A DNA stretch of 33,085 nucleotides from Bacteroidales bacterium (GTDB lineage: Bacteria > Bacteroidota > Bacteroidia > Bacteroidales > CG2-30-32-10): assembly GCA_041658145.1 (NCBI GenBank), contig JBBAAT010000001.1, positions 1-33,085 of the forward strand, read 5' to 3'. Position numbers and translations under genes: made by a program. Under the pieces are notes generated by a model that saw nothing but the letters and a program-made list of their open reading frames with translations, had not been told where the DNA came from and did no database searches. Below, in pieces: positions 15,648 through 24,068 of the stretch. Every line of letters starts with the position of its first letter. Within the stretch, counting starts at the first letter, position 1.

Positions 15648-16925
15648 TTAATTATTCAGCGTTTTCACAAAATCAATCAGCAACCTGAAAAGCTCGTTAT
15701 ACTTAGTAAGAGGCAGGGTTTCGGCTTTGTCGAGAATGTTGTGATACTCGCTGATGCCGCCTAAGGTGTAAATGTAAAATGATTTCACCCCTTTTGTATA
15801 AAACGGATAATGATCACTGATGGCAGCCTCTCCACGCTTTTCTATCGCCTTCAGATATTTCTTTTCATCGTTGATCCCGGTAAGAAGATTGAATTCTTTT
15901 TCAATCACGGCGCCATTTACTACTTTTATACCGTCATCACCTGTTCCTACAAGATCAAGGTTTACAAGAAAGCAAATATTTGAAAGAGGGAACAAAGGAT
16001 GCAGAACATAATATTCAGAGCCGAGTAAACCCGCTTCTTCTCCGGCAAAAGCAATGAATGCGATGGAATAATCAGGAGTATTTTCAGAATAATAATTTGC
16101 CAGATCAAGCATCATAGCTGTTCCGCTCGCATTGTCGTTTGCTCCCGGAAAATAAACATCTGCGCCCATTTGTCCGAGATGATCGTAGTGTGCCGTAAAC
16201 ACTACAAAAGAATCGGGTTTTGTCCTGCCTTCAATATATCCTGCCACATTTACCATTCTGTGGTCAGTTTGGAATTTTTGCTCAATATCAACTTTTATTT
16301 TTCGTGATTGTTTTGGAAGAGAAGAATTTTTGATAGTTATATTCGCTCCAGTCGAGGGAATAAGTGCATCTGCTACATTCCATACTAATTTGGATGAAAT
16401 TGATATTATGCCTTTAGCATGCAATAAATTTTTACGTTCTATAGTATTAAATAAATCAATATTTTTCTGATCTTTTATTCCGGTTTTGTCAAGCAAGATG
16501 AATTTTTTTGAAAAATCAGTACTTAGGAATTTTTTGAAAGCATCTTCATTATTGACTATCTCGCTGTCGAGCCGGACAATCTTATATTTTCCTTTTATGG
16601 TAGCGCTCGAAGCAGAAACAAGGTAATCAACAGCGGGTGTCATTTTATTTTTTCCGATCTGCACAGCTACTTTTCCCGGAAGTGTTCCAATGGAGATTTT
16701 AAACGACTGAAAATAGTCGTTGCTGAAAGATTTCAGACTGTCATTTTTAAATTCGTTGCGGATGAATTCAGCGGCTTTTTGATCGCCGTTATTTACGTAT
16801 CCTCTGCCTTGCATGGAAGCAGAACAGAGCGTATCAATTATTTTTTTTGCATAATTAATATCCTGCGCAAAGATTTGTTCGCAAAAGAATGCGGCCAGCC
16901 ATAATAAGATAATCCGGTATTTCAT
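15648..16925 (-). CDS. M28 family metallopeptidase (aminopeptidase-like)
   Basis: 425-aa ORF with a signal peptide. M28 motifs FTAHYDHLG, GANDNASGTAMMLDLA and FAGEEAGLLGS. Confidence 0.85.
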   Translation of the reverse strand: MKYRIILLWLAAFFCEQIFAQDINYAKKIIDTLCSASMQGRGYVNNGDQKAAEFIRNEFKNDSLKSFSNDYFQSFKISIGTLPGKVAVQIGKNKMTPAVDYLVSASSATIKGKYKIVRLDSEIVNNEDAFKKFLSTDFSKKFILLDKTGIKDQKNIDLFNTIERKNLLHAKGIISISSKLVWNVADALIPSTGANITIKNSSLPKQSRKIKVDIEQKFQTDHRMVNVAGYIEGRTKPDSFVVFTAHYDHLGQMGADVYFPGANDNASGTAMMLDLANYYSENTPDYSIAFIAFAGEEAGLLGSEYYVLHPLFPLSNICFLVNLDLVGTGDDGIKVVNGAVIEKEFNLLTGINDEKKYLKAIEKRGEAAISDHYPFYTKGVKSFYIYTLGGISEYHNILDKAETLPLTKYNELFRLLIDFVKTLNN

Positions 16926-16959
16926 GATGAAAAATATGAGCTATACTAAAAACGGGATA

Positions 16960-17213
16960 AACCTGACTGCCGTCAGGCAGGTTTGTACATTTTTTCAAAC
17001 AGGTAATCAGTAAATCGGTAATCAGTTATCAGTAAGTCGGTAATCAATAATTGGTAAGGGAAATGGAATACGTAAAAAGTTTGCAATAAACGATTACTCA
17101 ATATTGATCACCGAATACCGATTACCAATTTTACCGAATACCAATTTCACCAATTACTTATTTTCACCGATTACCAAAATTAGAAATGTAATCCTGTCTG
17201 CCGCCAGGCAGGA
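16960..17213. repeat. composite palindromic intergenic element (ggtaatc / gattacc arrays bounded by cctg..caggcagg hairpins)
   Basis: Hairpins aacctgactgccgtcaggcaggtt (16960-16983) and tcctgtctgccgccaggcagga (17192-17213) bound the element. Between them are several ggtaatc/cggtaatc repeats, followed by several reverse-oriented gattacc/cgattac repeats. Confidence 0.75.
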
Positions 17214-17234
17214 ATTTATCCTGTGCAAAGTATA

Positions 17235-17900
17235 TTATTGGTAACGCCGTGTTACAAGCTCACAAAGTTCGGCATATACTTCGTTGGTTTCTTCCCAATT
17301 ATACTCTGTTTTTAGAAAACTAATATATTTTTCGGCTTCTTCAAAACTGCTGAATTCATTAAGTTTTAAAACACTTTCATTATATTTCTGCAGATTTCCT
17401 TCAAAAAGTTGGTTAATAAATTTGAACTTTTCATTAATCCCGATTGCAGCTTTCAAATCTTTGATAGGGTTCTTTTTCATTTTGGCAGCAAGGCTTTTGT
17501 CGGATTTGGTATCAGATAAAACCTCATTCAGCATTTTTTTCTCATCCTTGAATTTATCTGCAATGGTAGGATGTGCCGTAAACAGGTCAGGAGAAGGTGG
17601 TATTGCAAAAAACTCATTTCTAATTATTTTTTCTTTCGGCTCAGGTTCTTTAATGACAATTTCTTCTTTTTTAATTTTAGGCGCTTGTTTTTTTTCCGCA
17701 ACCGGTTCTGTCTGGCTCACCTTTGGTTTATTTAACTGTTCAAGGTCTTTATACTTTTCATATAATTCACGGATATTGGAAAGCACAATATCTATTTCGA
17801 TCTGTGGTATCTGACCTGTATGCTGGCAGATAACTTCCGATTGCTCTATAATAATTTCCAGCAATTTAATGATTTCTTCTTTGATAATATTCTTTTCCAT
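17235..17900 (-). CDS. hypothetical protein (Lys/Glu-rich linker, conserved-looking C-terminal domain)
   Basis: 221-aa ORF with no competing frame. Its antisense 176-aa ORF is low-complexity. No motif assigns a family. Confidence 0.7.
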   Translation of the reverse strand: MEKNIIKEEIIKLLEIIIEQSEVICQHTGQIPQIEIDIVLSNIRELYEKYKDLEQLNKPKVSQTEPVAEKKQAPKIKKEEIVIKEPEPKEKIIRNEFFAIPPSPDLFTAHPTIADKFKDEKKMLNEVLSDTKSDKSLAAKMKKNPIKDLKAAIGINEKFKFINQLFEGNLQKYNESVLKLNEFSSFEEAEKYISFLKTEYNWEETNEVYAELCELVTRRYQ

Positions 17901-17945
17901 ACTTTTTATGATCTTAAATTTTACTTGTAAAATCTGTTAATTTTG

Positions 17946-17953
17946 TACCTTTG
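17946..17953 (+). promoter_or_regulatory. candidate -7 box (TAnnTTTG) for tdk
   Basis: tacctttg lies 44 nt upstream of the tdk ATG at 17997, within a 96-bp divergent intergenic region. Confidence 0.35.
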
Positions 17954-17996
17954 AAAAAACGAATAAAGATAAAAAAAATTATAAACAAATAACATA

Positions 17997-18599
17997 ATGT
18001 TTTTAGAAAATTCAATTGACCAGACAAAACGAAGGGGATGGATAGAGGTAATTTGCGGGTCCATGTTCTCGGGCAAGACCGAAGAACTTATTCGAAGGCT
18101 GAAGCGTGCCAAGATCGCCAAACAGAAGGTTGAGATTTTTAAACCCGCAATTGACGTACGCTACGATGAGGAAAAGGTCGTTTCTCATGATCAGAATTAT
18201 ATTATGTCAACACCCGTTCCTTCTTCTTCCAATATTTTATTGCTGGCCAATGATGTAGATGTGGTGGGTATTGACGAAGCGCAATTTTTTGATCAGGAAA
18301 TTGTATCTGTATGCAATCAACTTGCCAGTAATGGTATCCGTGTTATTGTGGCCGGTCTGGATATGGATTACCTTGGGAAACCTTTTGGCCCTGTGCCTGC
18401 TTTGCTTGCCACTGCCGAATATGTTACAAAAGTACATGCTGTATGTATGAATTGTGGAAACCTCGCCCATGTTTCACACAGGACAATAGTTAATGACAAA
18501 CTTGTGGTGCTTGGCGAAAAAGATTCTTACGAACCTTTGTGCAGGGATTGCTACAATGAAAAAATGAATTTACCCAACCTGCATAAAGCAGAATTATAA
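17997..18599 (+). CDS. tdk: thymidine kinase
   Basis: 200-aa ORF with P-loop [14 protein letters not shown], motif [10 protein letters not shown], and the C-terminal zinc-ribbon cysteines (CMNCG...CRDCY) typical of type II TK. Confidence 0.92.
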   Translation: MFLENSIDQTKRRGWIEVICGSMFSGKTEELIRRLKRAKIAKQKVEIFKPAIDVRYDEEKVVSHDQNYIMSTPVPSSSNILLLANDVDVVGIDEAQFFDQEIVSVCNQLASNGIRVIVAGLDMDYLGKPFGPVPALLATAEYVTKVHAVCMNCGNLAHVSHRTIVNDKLVVLGEKDSYEPLCRDCYNEKMNLPNLHKAEL

Positions 18600-18707
18600 A
18601 TGTTGAATTTTAAATGAACTTACAAATCATATCCCGAAGTTTCGGGACTAAAATATTTTGCCAAAATTGGTTAGAATTTTACTGATAAGACACTGAAAAT
18701 GCAGAAA

Positions 18708-19046
18708 TTAGTATATAAAAACAGTTTTATAAACTGTTTCGCCGGGTTTTAAACGAATAATAGTTGCACCGGTAAGGGTGTCTTTATCAACAAAAACATC
18801 AAAAATTGCCTCAAGCTTATATGTGTGTCTGAACTGCCCGTAAGCGTCAGTAACTCCTTCAATCGTTGTCGTTTTTGGTCCTTTGGTTATTTTAACATTA
18901 GCGCTTGGAACAATAATATTGGTGTCGTTTTGCATCTTCACAGTAATCACTACCGGCATATCTTCGTCCTTATTACACATGGAGAAGATCATAATAAAGG
19001 CTATTATTACAGATGAAAAGATGATGAGTTTAAATATTGCTTTCAT
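18708..19046 (-). CDS. small lipoprotein-like hypothetical protein (possible carboxypeptidase-regulatory-like beta-sandwich)
   Basis: 112-aa ORF with a signal sequence and a Cys (IFSMCNKD). GVTDAYGQF resembles the CarboxypepD_reg pattern. The product call is tentative. Confidence 0.6.
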   Translation of the reverse strand: MKAIFKLIIFSSVIIAFIMIFSMCNKDEDMPVVITVKMQNDTNIIVPSANVKITKGPKTTTIEGVTDAYGQFRHTYKLEAIFDVFVDKDTLTGATIIRLKPGETVYKTVFIY

Positions 19047-19125
19047 TTTCCCGATTTTTTAATAATTTTGTCGTTGAATATGCAAAGTTATAAAAATTAA
19101 TGATACAATACAAAAAATAGTTACT

Positions 19126-19230
19126 ATTTAGGTATAAAGGTATGGGTTATAAAGGTATAGGGGTGGTGAAAGTTATAGGTCTTCTCCCTTATACCTATAC
19201 TTTATACCTCTATTTCCCTATACCTAAATA
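19126..19230. repeat. palindromic intergenic element with perfect 12-bp terminal inverted repeats
   Basis: tatttaggtata (19126-19137) and tatacctaaata (19219-19230) are exact reverse complements. The interior contains ggtataaaggtat / atacctatactttatacc repeats. Confidence 0.8.
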
Positions 19231-19249
19231 ATTACAAAAAATATTTGAT

Positions 19250-19945
19250 ATGAAAAAAACAATCCTGTTATCATTTGTTACTCTTTTTATTTTTGCAATT
19301 GGGTTCTATTCTTTTAGCGGCGCATCTTTTCTGAATTTAAAAAAAACCATGGCTACAGATAGTGTTAAAAAAGTGTGCATCAGTACTGCTTATGGCGATA
19401 TCAAAATAAAGCTGTACAACGAAACCCCTTTGCACAGGGATAATTTTATCAAATTAGCGAAAACTGCTTATTTCGATGGTACCCTGTTTCATCGCGTAAT
19501 AAAGAATTTCATGATACAGGGTGGCGACCCCGATTCAAAAAATGCTGATCCTGCTGCAATATTGGGTAATGGTGGTCCAAGCTATACAATTCCTGCTGAA
19601 ATTCTTACGCCAAAATATTTCCACAAAAAGGGAGCATTAGGCGCTGCAAGGGACAACAATCCTGCAAAAGCATCATCCGGTTCGCAGTTTTATATTGTGC
19701 AGGGGAAAACTTATACGGAACAAGAGCTTACTATTTTTTCTCAGAAAACAAAAAAAACACTGACAAAAGAACAGATTGAAATTTATAAAACAATTGGTGG
19801 CACACCTCATTTGGACGGCGATTATACCGTGTTTGGTGAAGTCTATGAGGGGCTTGATGTTGTTGATAAAATTGCAGCCGAAAAAACCGGAGCCAATGAC
19901 AGACCTGTGAAAGATATGAAAATGACGGTTAAGGTGATTGAATAA
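19250..19945 (+). CDS. cyclophilin-type peptidyl-prolyl cis-trans isomerase, secreted
   Basis: 231-aa ORF with a signal-like N-terminus. Cyclophilin motifs FHRVIKNFMIQGGDP and SQFYIV. Confidence 0.9.
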   Translation: MKKTILLSFVTLFIFAIGFYSFSGASFLNLKKTMATDSVKKVCISTAYGDIKIKLYNETPLHRDNFIKLAKTAYFDGTLFHRVIKNFMIQGGDPDSKNADPAAILGNGGPSYTIPAEILTPKYFHKKGALGAARDNNPAKASSGSQFYIVQGKTYTEQELTIFSQKTKKTLTKEQIEIYKTIGGTPHLDGDYTVFGEVYEGLDVVDKIAAEKTGANDRPVKDMKMTVKVIE

Positions 19946-19948
19946 ATA

Positions 19949-20977
19949 TTGTTTATGCGCGAGAAGATAAAAAACATACATAAAGAAATCGAAAGCTTCT
20001 CTGCAAAAAGCATGGAAGAACTCGAACAATTCAGAATTAAGTATCTTTCGAAAAAGGGTGTTGTTACAGGACTTTTCGACGATTTTAAAAATGTTGCACA
20101 GGAAGAACGTAAAGAAACAGGCAAACTGCTGAACGACCTGAAAAATAACGTGCAGGAAAAAATAAATTTACTGAAACTGAATCTCGAAAACCTGCACGAT
20201 TCGGGTAAAAGTGATACAGACCTCACACTGCCTGCAAATTTTATTGAAACAGGATCCAGACATCCATTGTCTATCATAAGAGCAAAAATAATCGAGATAT
20301 TTTCGCGTATTGGTTTCACGGTTGCCGAAGGTCCGGAAATAGAAGACGACTGGCACAATTTCTCCGCATTGAATTTCCCCGAGGATCATCCTGCCCGCGA
20401 AATGCAAGACACTTTTTTTATTCAGAAAAATCCTGACATTGTGTTGCGGACTCATACTTCTTCAGTACAGGTGAGAGTGATGGAAACAGAAAAACCACCT
20501 ATCAGGAAAATTTTCCCCGGAAGAGTTTACCGAAACGAAGCTATTTCTTCGCGGGCGCATTGCTTTTTCCACCAGGTTGAAGGACTTTATGTGGATAAAG
20601 ATGTTTCTTTTGCCGACCTCCGGCAGCTGTTGATTTATTTTGCCAAAGAAATGTTTGGCAAAGACATCAAAATCAGGCTGAGACCCTCGTACTTCCCATT
20701 TACTGAGCCTTCTGCCGAAATGGATATTTCTTGTTTTCTTTGTGGAGGTAAAGGCTGCTCATTTTGCAAACATACCGGTTGGGTAGAGATTCTTGGTTGC
20801 GGAATGGTTGACCCGCAGGTTCTTGAAAATTGCAAAATCGACAGCGAGGTTTATTCCGGCTATGCCTTTGGAATGGGCATTGAGCGAATCACAAATCTTA
20901 AATACCGCGTGAAAGACATCAGGATGTTTTCTGAAAATGATGTGCGGTTTTTGAAACAGTTCGGATCGGTGATATAA
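19949..20977 (+). CDS. pheS: phenylalanine--tRNA ligase alpha subunit
   Basis: 342-aa ORF with motifs FPEDHPAR, LRTHTS, FPGRVYR, SYFPFTEPS and GMGIERI. It starts 3 nt after the PPIase stop. Confidence 0.92.
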   Translation: MFMREKIKNIHKEIESFSAKSMEELEQFRIKYLSKKGVVTGLFDDFKNVAQEERKETGKLLNDLKNNVQEKINLLKLNLENLHDSGKSDTDLTLPANFIETGSRHPLSIIRAKIIEIFSRIGFTVAEGPEIEDDWHNFSALNFPEDHPAREMQDTFFIQKNPDIVLRTHTSSVQVRVMETEKPPIRKIFPGRVYRNEAISSRAHCFFHQVEGLYVDKDVSFADLRQLLIYFAKEMFGKDIKIRLRPSYFPFTEPSAEMDISCFLCGGKGCSFCKHTGWVEILGCGMVDPQVLENCKIDSEVYSGYAFGMGIERITNLKYRVKDIRMFSENDVRFLKQFGSVI

Positions 20978-21020
20978 GAGTTTTTTTCATAACTCAAACA
21001 TTAATATTATTTTTAACATT

Positions 21021-21060
21021 ATCCGTGTAAATCCGTCTTTTTCCGTTTGATCCGCGTTGC
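21021..21060 (+). repeat. 'atccg' short-repeat element, left of ygeW
   Basis: atccgtgtaaatccgtctttttccgtttgatccgcgttgc. An inverted partner lies at 22287-22327; both end in atccgcgttgc / gcaacgcggat. Confidence 0.7.
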
Positions 21061-21075
21061 CATTTTTGAAAGCAA

Positions 21076-22266
21076 TTATAGCATTATTCTTTCTTTCCCT
21101 TTATTATAAAGCTTTTCAAGAATACCTGCAGCATCTTTATACTTATTATTCAAAATCATTGCTGCTATGATGTACGGTTTAAATCCAGCCTCTTTGTATG
21201 TTTCTATGCGGTATCTTTCAAAAACAGTATCAGCTACTTCGCCTTCTTTGCAGGAAACACCAGTAATATCAGCGGGAAGACAATGCATATATAATGCTTT
21301 CCCTTCTTTTGTTAATTTCATTTTTTCTTCGGTACATTCCCAATTTTTAAATTTTGCATTGTTGGCAAGGCATTCCTGTTCGAGCGTTTTTAAACCTTCC
21401 TTATCGTTTTTTTGTAAAAATTGTGTTCTTCTTTCCATAACTTTGTATGGAGCCCAGCTCTTAGGATACACGATGTCTGCATTTTTAAAGACCTCATCCA
21501 TTGAGTTTACTACTTTAAATTTTCCACCGCTTTCGGCAGCGTTTTTCTTTGCTGCTTCAATTACATCAGGTATCAGGTCATAACCTTCGGGATAAGCTAA
21601 TTCTACTTCCATTCCAAAGCGTGTCATTAGCCCTATAATACCTTGAGGCACGGATAAAGGTTTTCCATAACTCGGTGAGTAAGCCCATGTCATTGCTATC
21701 TTTTTCCCTTTCAGATTTTCCATCGATCCGAAATAATTCTTTAAGTGCAGCAGGTCTGCCATGGATTGTGTAGGATGATCAATATCGCATTGCAGATTCA
21801 CAATACCAGGCCTTACAGGAAGAACACCCTGTTTAAAGCCATCATCAAGGGCTTCGCCAACTTCGAGCATATATGTATGGCCTGCGCCGAGAAACATATC
21901 ATCGCGTATGCCAATAATATCAGTCAAAAACGAGATCATGTTGGCTGTTTCGCGGACTGTTTCGCCATGTGCAATTTGTGATTTGCTTTCATCCAGATCC
22001 TGCACTTCAAGCCCAAGAAGGTTACATGCTGAGGCAAAAGAAAATCGTGTACGCGTAGAATTGTCGCGGAAATTGGATATGGCAAGACCGGAATCGAAAC
22101 ACTTTGCGGAAATATTGTTATCACGCAAATACTTTAGCGCTTCGGCAACAAGCAATGTTTGTACTAATTCAGCCTGTGTTTTATCCCAGGTGAGAAGAAA
22201 ATCTTTTTCGAAAAGACCGGTTCTCAGTTTTTTAATTTCTTCAATAAGGTTCTCATAAGATTTCAT
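21076..22266 (-). CDS. ygeW: knotted carbamoyltransferase YgeW
   Basis: 396-aa ORF. Long stretches match my recollection of E. coli YgeW: KSQIAHGETVRETANMISF, VNLQCDIDHPTQSMADL, KIAMTWAYSPSYGKPLSVPQGIIGLMTRFGM and YMHCLPADI.GVSCKEGEV. The STRTR and HPTQ transcarbamylase motifs are present. Confidence 0.9.
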   Translation of the reverse strand: MKSYENLIEEIKKLRTGLFEKDFLLTWDKTQAELVQTLLVAEALKYLRDNNISAKCFDSGLAISNFRDNSTRTRFSFASACNLLGLEVQDLDESKSQIAHGETVRETANMISFLTDIIGIRDDMFLGAGHTYMLEVGEALDDGFKQGVLPVRPGIVNLQCDIDHPTQSMADLLHLKNYFGSMENLKGKKIAMTWAYSPSYGKPLSVPQGIIGLMTRFGMEVELAYPEGYDLIPDVIEAAKKNAAESGGKFKVVNSMDEVFKNADIVYPKSWAPYKVMERRTQFLQKNDKEGLKTLEQECLANNAKFKNWECTEEKMKLTKEGKALYMHCLPADITGVSCKEGEVADTVFERYRIETYKEAGFKPYIIAAMILNNKYKDAAGILEKLYNKGKERIML

Positions 22267-22286
22267 ATATACTCCTTTTTAAAATA

Positions 22287-22327
22287 GCAACGCGGATAAA
22301 GCGGATTTTAGCGGATATTCGCCGATC
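22287..22327 (-). repeat. 'atccg' short-repeat element, right of ygeW (inverted)
   Basis: gcaacgcggataaagcggattttagcggatattcgccgatc. Its reverse complement parallels 21021-21060. Confidence 0.7.
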
Positions 22328-22350
22328 TTTAATTAGTGTCTGTATATAAA

Positions 22351-22441
22351 GTCGTCATTGCGAATCCCGCATGTGCGGGATGAAGCAATCTAATCATTGT
22401 TTGTCAATAGATTGCTTCGTCGTACCTCCTCGCAATGACGT
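22351..22441. repeat. palindromic REP/MITE-like element, family 'cgcaatgacg-tcattgcgaag', half-swapped variant (copy 2)
   Basis: It contains the same two half-sites as 7385-7514 but in the opposite order: gtcattgcgaa...gaagcaatct, then agattgcttcgtcgtacctcctcgcaatgacg. It has a different inner hairpin, tcccgcatgtgcggga. Confidence 0.8.
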
Positions 22442-22468
22442 ACCGTTTGCGTATCATCAGTTAACAAG

Positions 22469-23656
22469 TCATATCATATAAGCATACGCAGCATAAAAAG
22501 CAGATGCAGCAACGAGATCGCTGATAGGCACTTTTTCGTTTGGCGCATGAGCCAACACTTCATTACCAGGTCCAAAACCAATTAAAGGAATACCGTAATA
22601 ACCATTAATTGTAACACCATTCGTGGAGAAAGTCCATTTGTCGACCAGAGGTTTTTTGTTGAATAATCCTTCAAATGCTTTAACACCGGCAACTACAACA
22701 GGATGATTTTCTTCAATTTTCCATGTAGGATAATATTTTTCCATGCCATATTTTAAACCTGTCCATGCTTCTTCTTCATAATACAAAACTTCAACCTTTG
22801 CATCCATTCCTTTTACGATCTCTTCAATCTCGGCGACAGCAGACTCTTTTGTTTCACCCCATGTCAATCTTCTGTCCAAGTGGAATTGCGCATAATCGGC
22901 AACGGCGCATAAAGAAGGGCTTCCGGATTTTATTTCAGAAATAGTAACGGTTCCCTTTCCCAAAAATTCATCTGATCTTAATCTTTCATTCAGTTTTTCT
23001 ATTTCAAGAGCCGCGCGGGCTGCCATGTATATTGCATTCTTGCCTCTTTCCGGTGCGCTTCCATGACACGAAACTCCACGAAACTTAACGATTATTTCCA
23101 TACGACCTCGATGCCCCCTGTAAATATTGAGGTTTGTAGGTTCTGTACTGATCACAAAATCGGGTTTCAGCTTTTCTTCTTCAACTAAATATTTCCAGCA
23201 CAAGCCATCACAATCCTCCTCCATCACGCTGCCAACAACATATACGGTTATATCACGGTCAAAGCCAAGCTCCTTTAAAATTTTTCCGCTGGTTACAGCA
23301 GCAGCAGGACCGCCTTCCTGGTCAACGGTTCCGCGACCATACACATAACCGTTTTTTACCTCGCCCGAAAAAGGGTCGAAGTTCCAGTTTTCGATATTGC
23401 CTGCATCCACCGTGTCCATGTGTCCGTCAATGGCGAGGATGCGTTTGCCATTACCTATTCTTCCAATCACATTGCCAAGCCCGTCAATTCTTACTTCGTC
23501 AAAGCCAGCTTCTTCCATCTGACGCTTCAACTCAAACTGTACATCTTTCTCATGCATGCTGGTTGATTTGATCTTTACTAATTTCGAAAGATTATTGGCT
23601 GTGTAATCTTTGTACTTTTCAGCCAGTTCGTTTATTTTTTTAAAAATTTCTCCCAT
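22469..23656 (-). CDS. ygeY: YgeY family M20 peptidase/hydrolase (selenium-metabolism-linked hydrolase family)
   Basis: 395-aa ORF. It matches recalled E. coli YgeY blocks EEDCDGLCW, YRGHRGRMEI, GVSCHGSAPERG, DRRLTWGET, DKWTFSTNG, IGFGPG and AHAPNEK. Confidence 0.88.
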   Translation of the reverse strand: MGEIFKKINELAEKYKDYTANNLSKLVKIKSTSMHEKDVQFELKRQMEEAGFDEVRIDGLGNVIGRIGNGKRILAIDGHMDTVDAGNIENWNFDPFSGEVKNGYVYGRGTVDQEGGPAAAVTSGKILKELGFDRDITVYVVGSVMEEDCDGLCWKYLVEEEKLKPDFVISTEPTNLNIYRGHRGRMEIIVKFRGVSCHGSAPERGKNAIYMAARAALEIEKLNERLRSDEFLGKGTVTISEIKSGSPSLCAVADYAQFHLDRRLTWGETKESAVAEIEEIVKGMDAKVEVLYYEEEAWTGLKYGMEKYYPTWKIEENHPVVVAGVKAFEGLFNKKPLVDKWTFSTNGVTINGYYGIPLIGFGPGNEVLAHAPNEKVPISDLVAASAFYAAYAYMI

Positions 23657-23680
23657 GGTATTATGTATTGGATTTTATTA

Positions 23681-23824
23681 AGTGTCTGAACGAAAACTAC
23701 GAATAACCCGATTTTCAATGACTTTTTACCCTTAATCCCTAAAGGGAAATCATTGAAAATCAACACACCCTTTAGGGTTGGGGTAAATGTTGATTTTCAA
23801 AATTGACGTTTTCGTTCAGACACT
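23681..23824. repeat. 144-bp palindromic MITE-like element with perfect 17-bp TIRs, 'ccctaaaggg' core family, copy 1
   Basis: agtgtctgaacgaaaac (23681-23697) and gttttcgttcagacact (23808-23824) are exact reverse complements. The core is acccttaatccctaaaggg ... accctttagggttggggtaaa. Confidence 0.9.
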
Positions 23825-23928
23825 ATTTAGATAATACAAATATATAAAAGATATTTTTTTACCATATTGATTATTTACATATTTTTGTTATGTCTGATTT
23901 TTTTACAAAACCATTATTATAAAGGCAT

Positions 23929-24038
23929 CTCTAAAAACTGAAAATTAGCTTTACCCCTAACCCTAAAGGGAGGCTGATTTTCAGATGTTTCACCCTTTAG
24001 GGACGGGGTAAAAAAACATCTGAAAATTAGTTTTAGAG
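23929..24038. repeat. palindromic element, 'ccctaaaggg' core family, copy 2
   Basis: Ends ctctaaaaa ... ttttagag. The core tacccctaaccctaaaggg ... accctttagggacggggtaaa parallels copy 1. Nested complementary arms ctgattttcagatg / catctgaaaat are present. Confidence 0.8.
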
Positions 24039-24068
24039 GTTACTATAATAACTTAAATTTTAAATAAC

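Noticed and set aside
17284-17814. 176-aa plus-strand ORF antisense to 17235-17900
   Set aside because: It is low-complexity and Ser/Phe/Leu-rich, the mirror image of the Lys/Glu-rich sense protein. The sense ORF is longer and has a plausible domain structure.
18633-18648. tcccgaagtttcggga hairpins (also at 12911-12926) as terminators
   Set aside because: The stems are short and lack a convincing adjacent T-run. The copy at 12911 lies upstream of a gene start. They are more likely another small repeat family.
19843-20358. 171-aa minus-strand ORF, plus 19673-20029 and 20168-20455
   Set aside because: They are antisense to the well-supported PPIase and pheS genes, have Ser/Phe/Ile-rich low-complexity translations, and show no motifs.
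21167-22258. Plus-strand ORFs 21167-21583, 21745-21981, 21908-22258 and minus-strand 21936-22124 within ygeW
   Set aside because: They are shadow ORFs. The ygeW frame matches the recalled E. coli YgeW sequence along its whole length.
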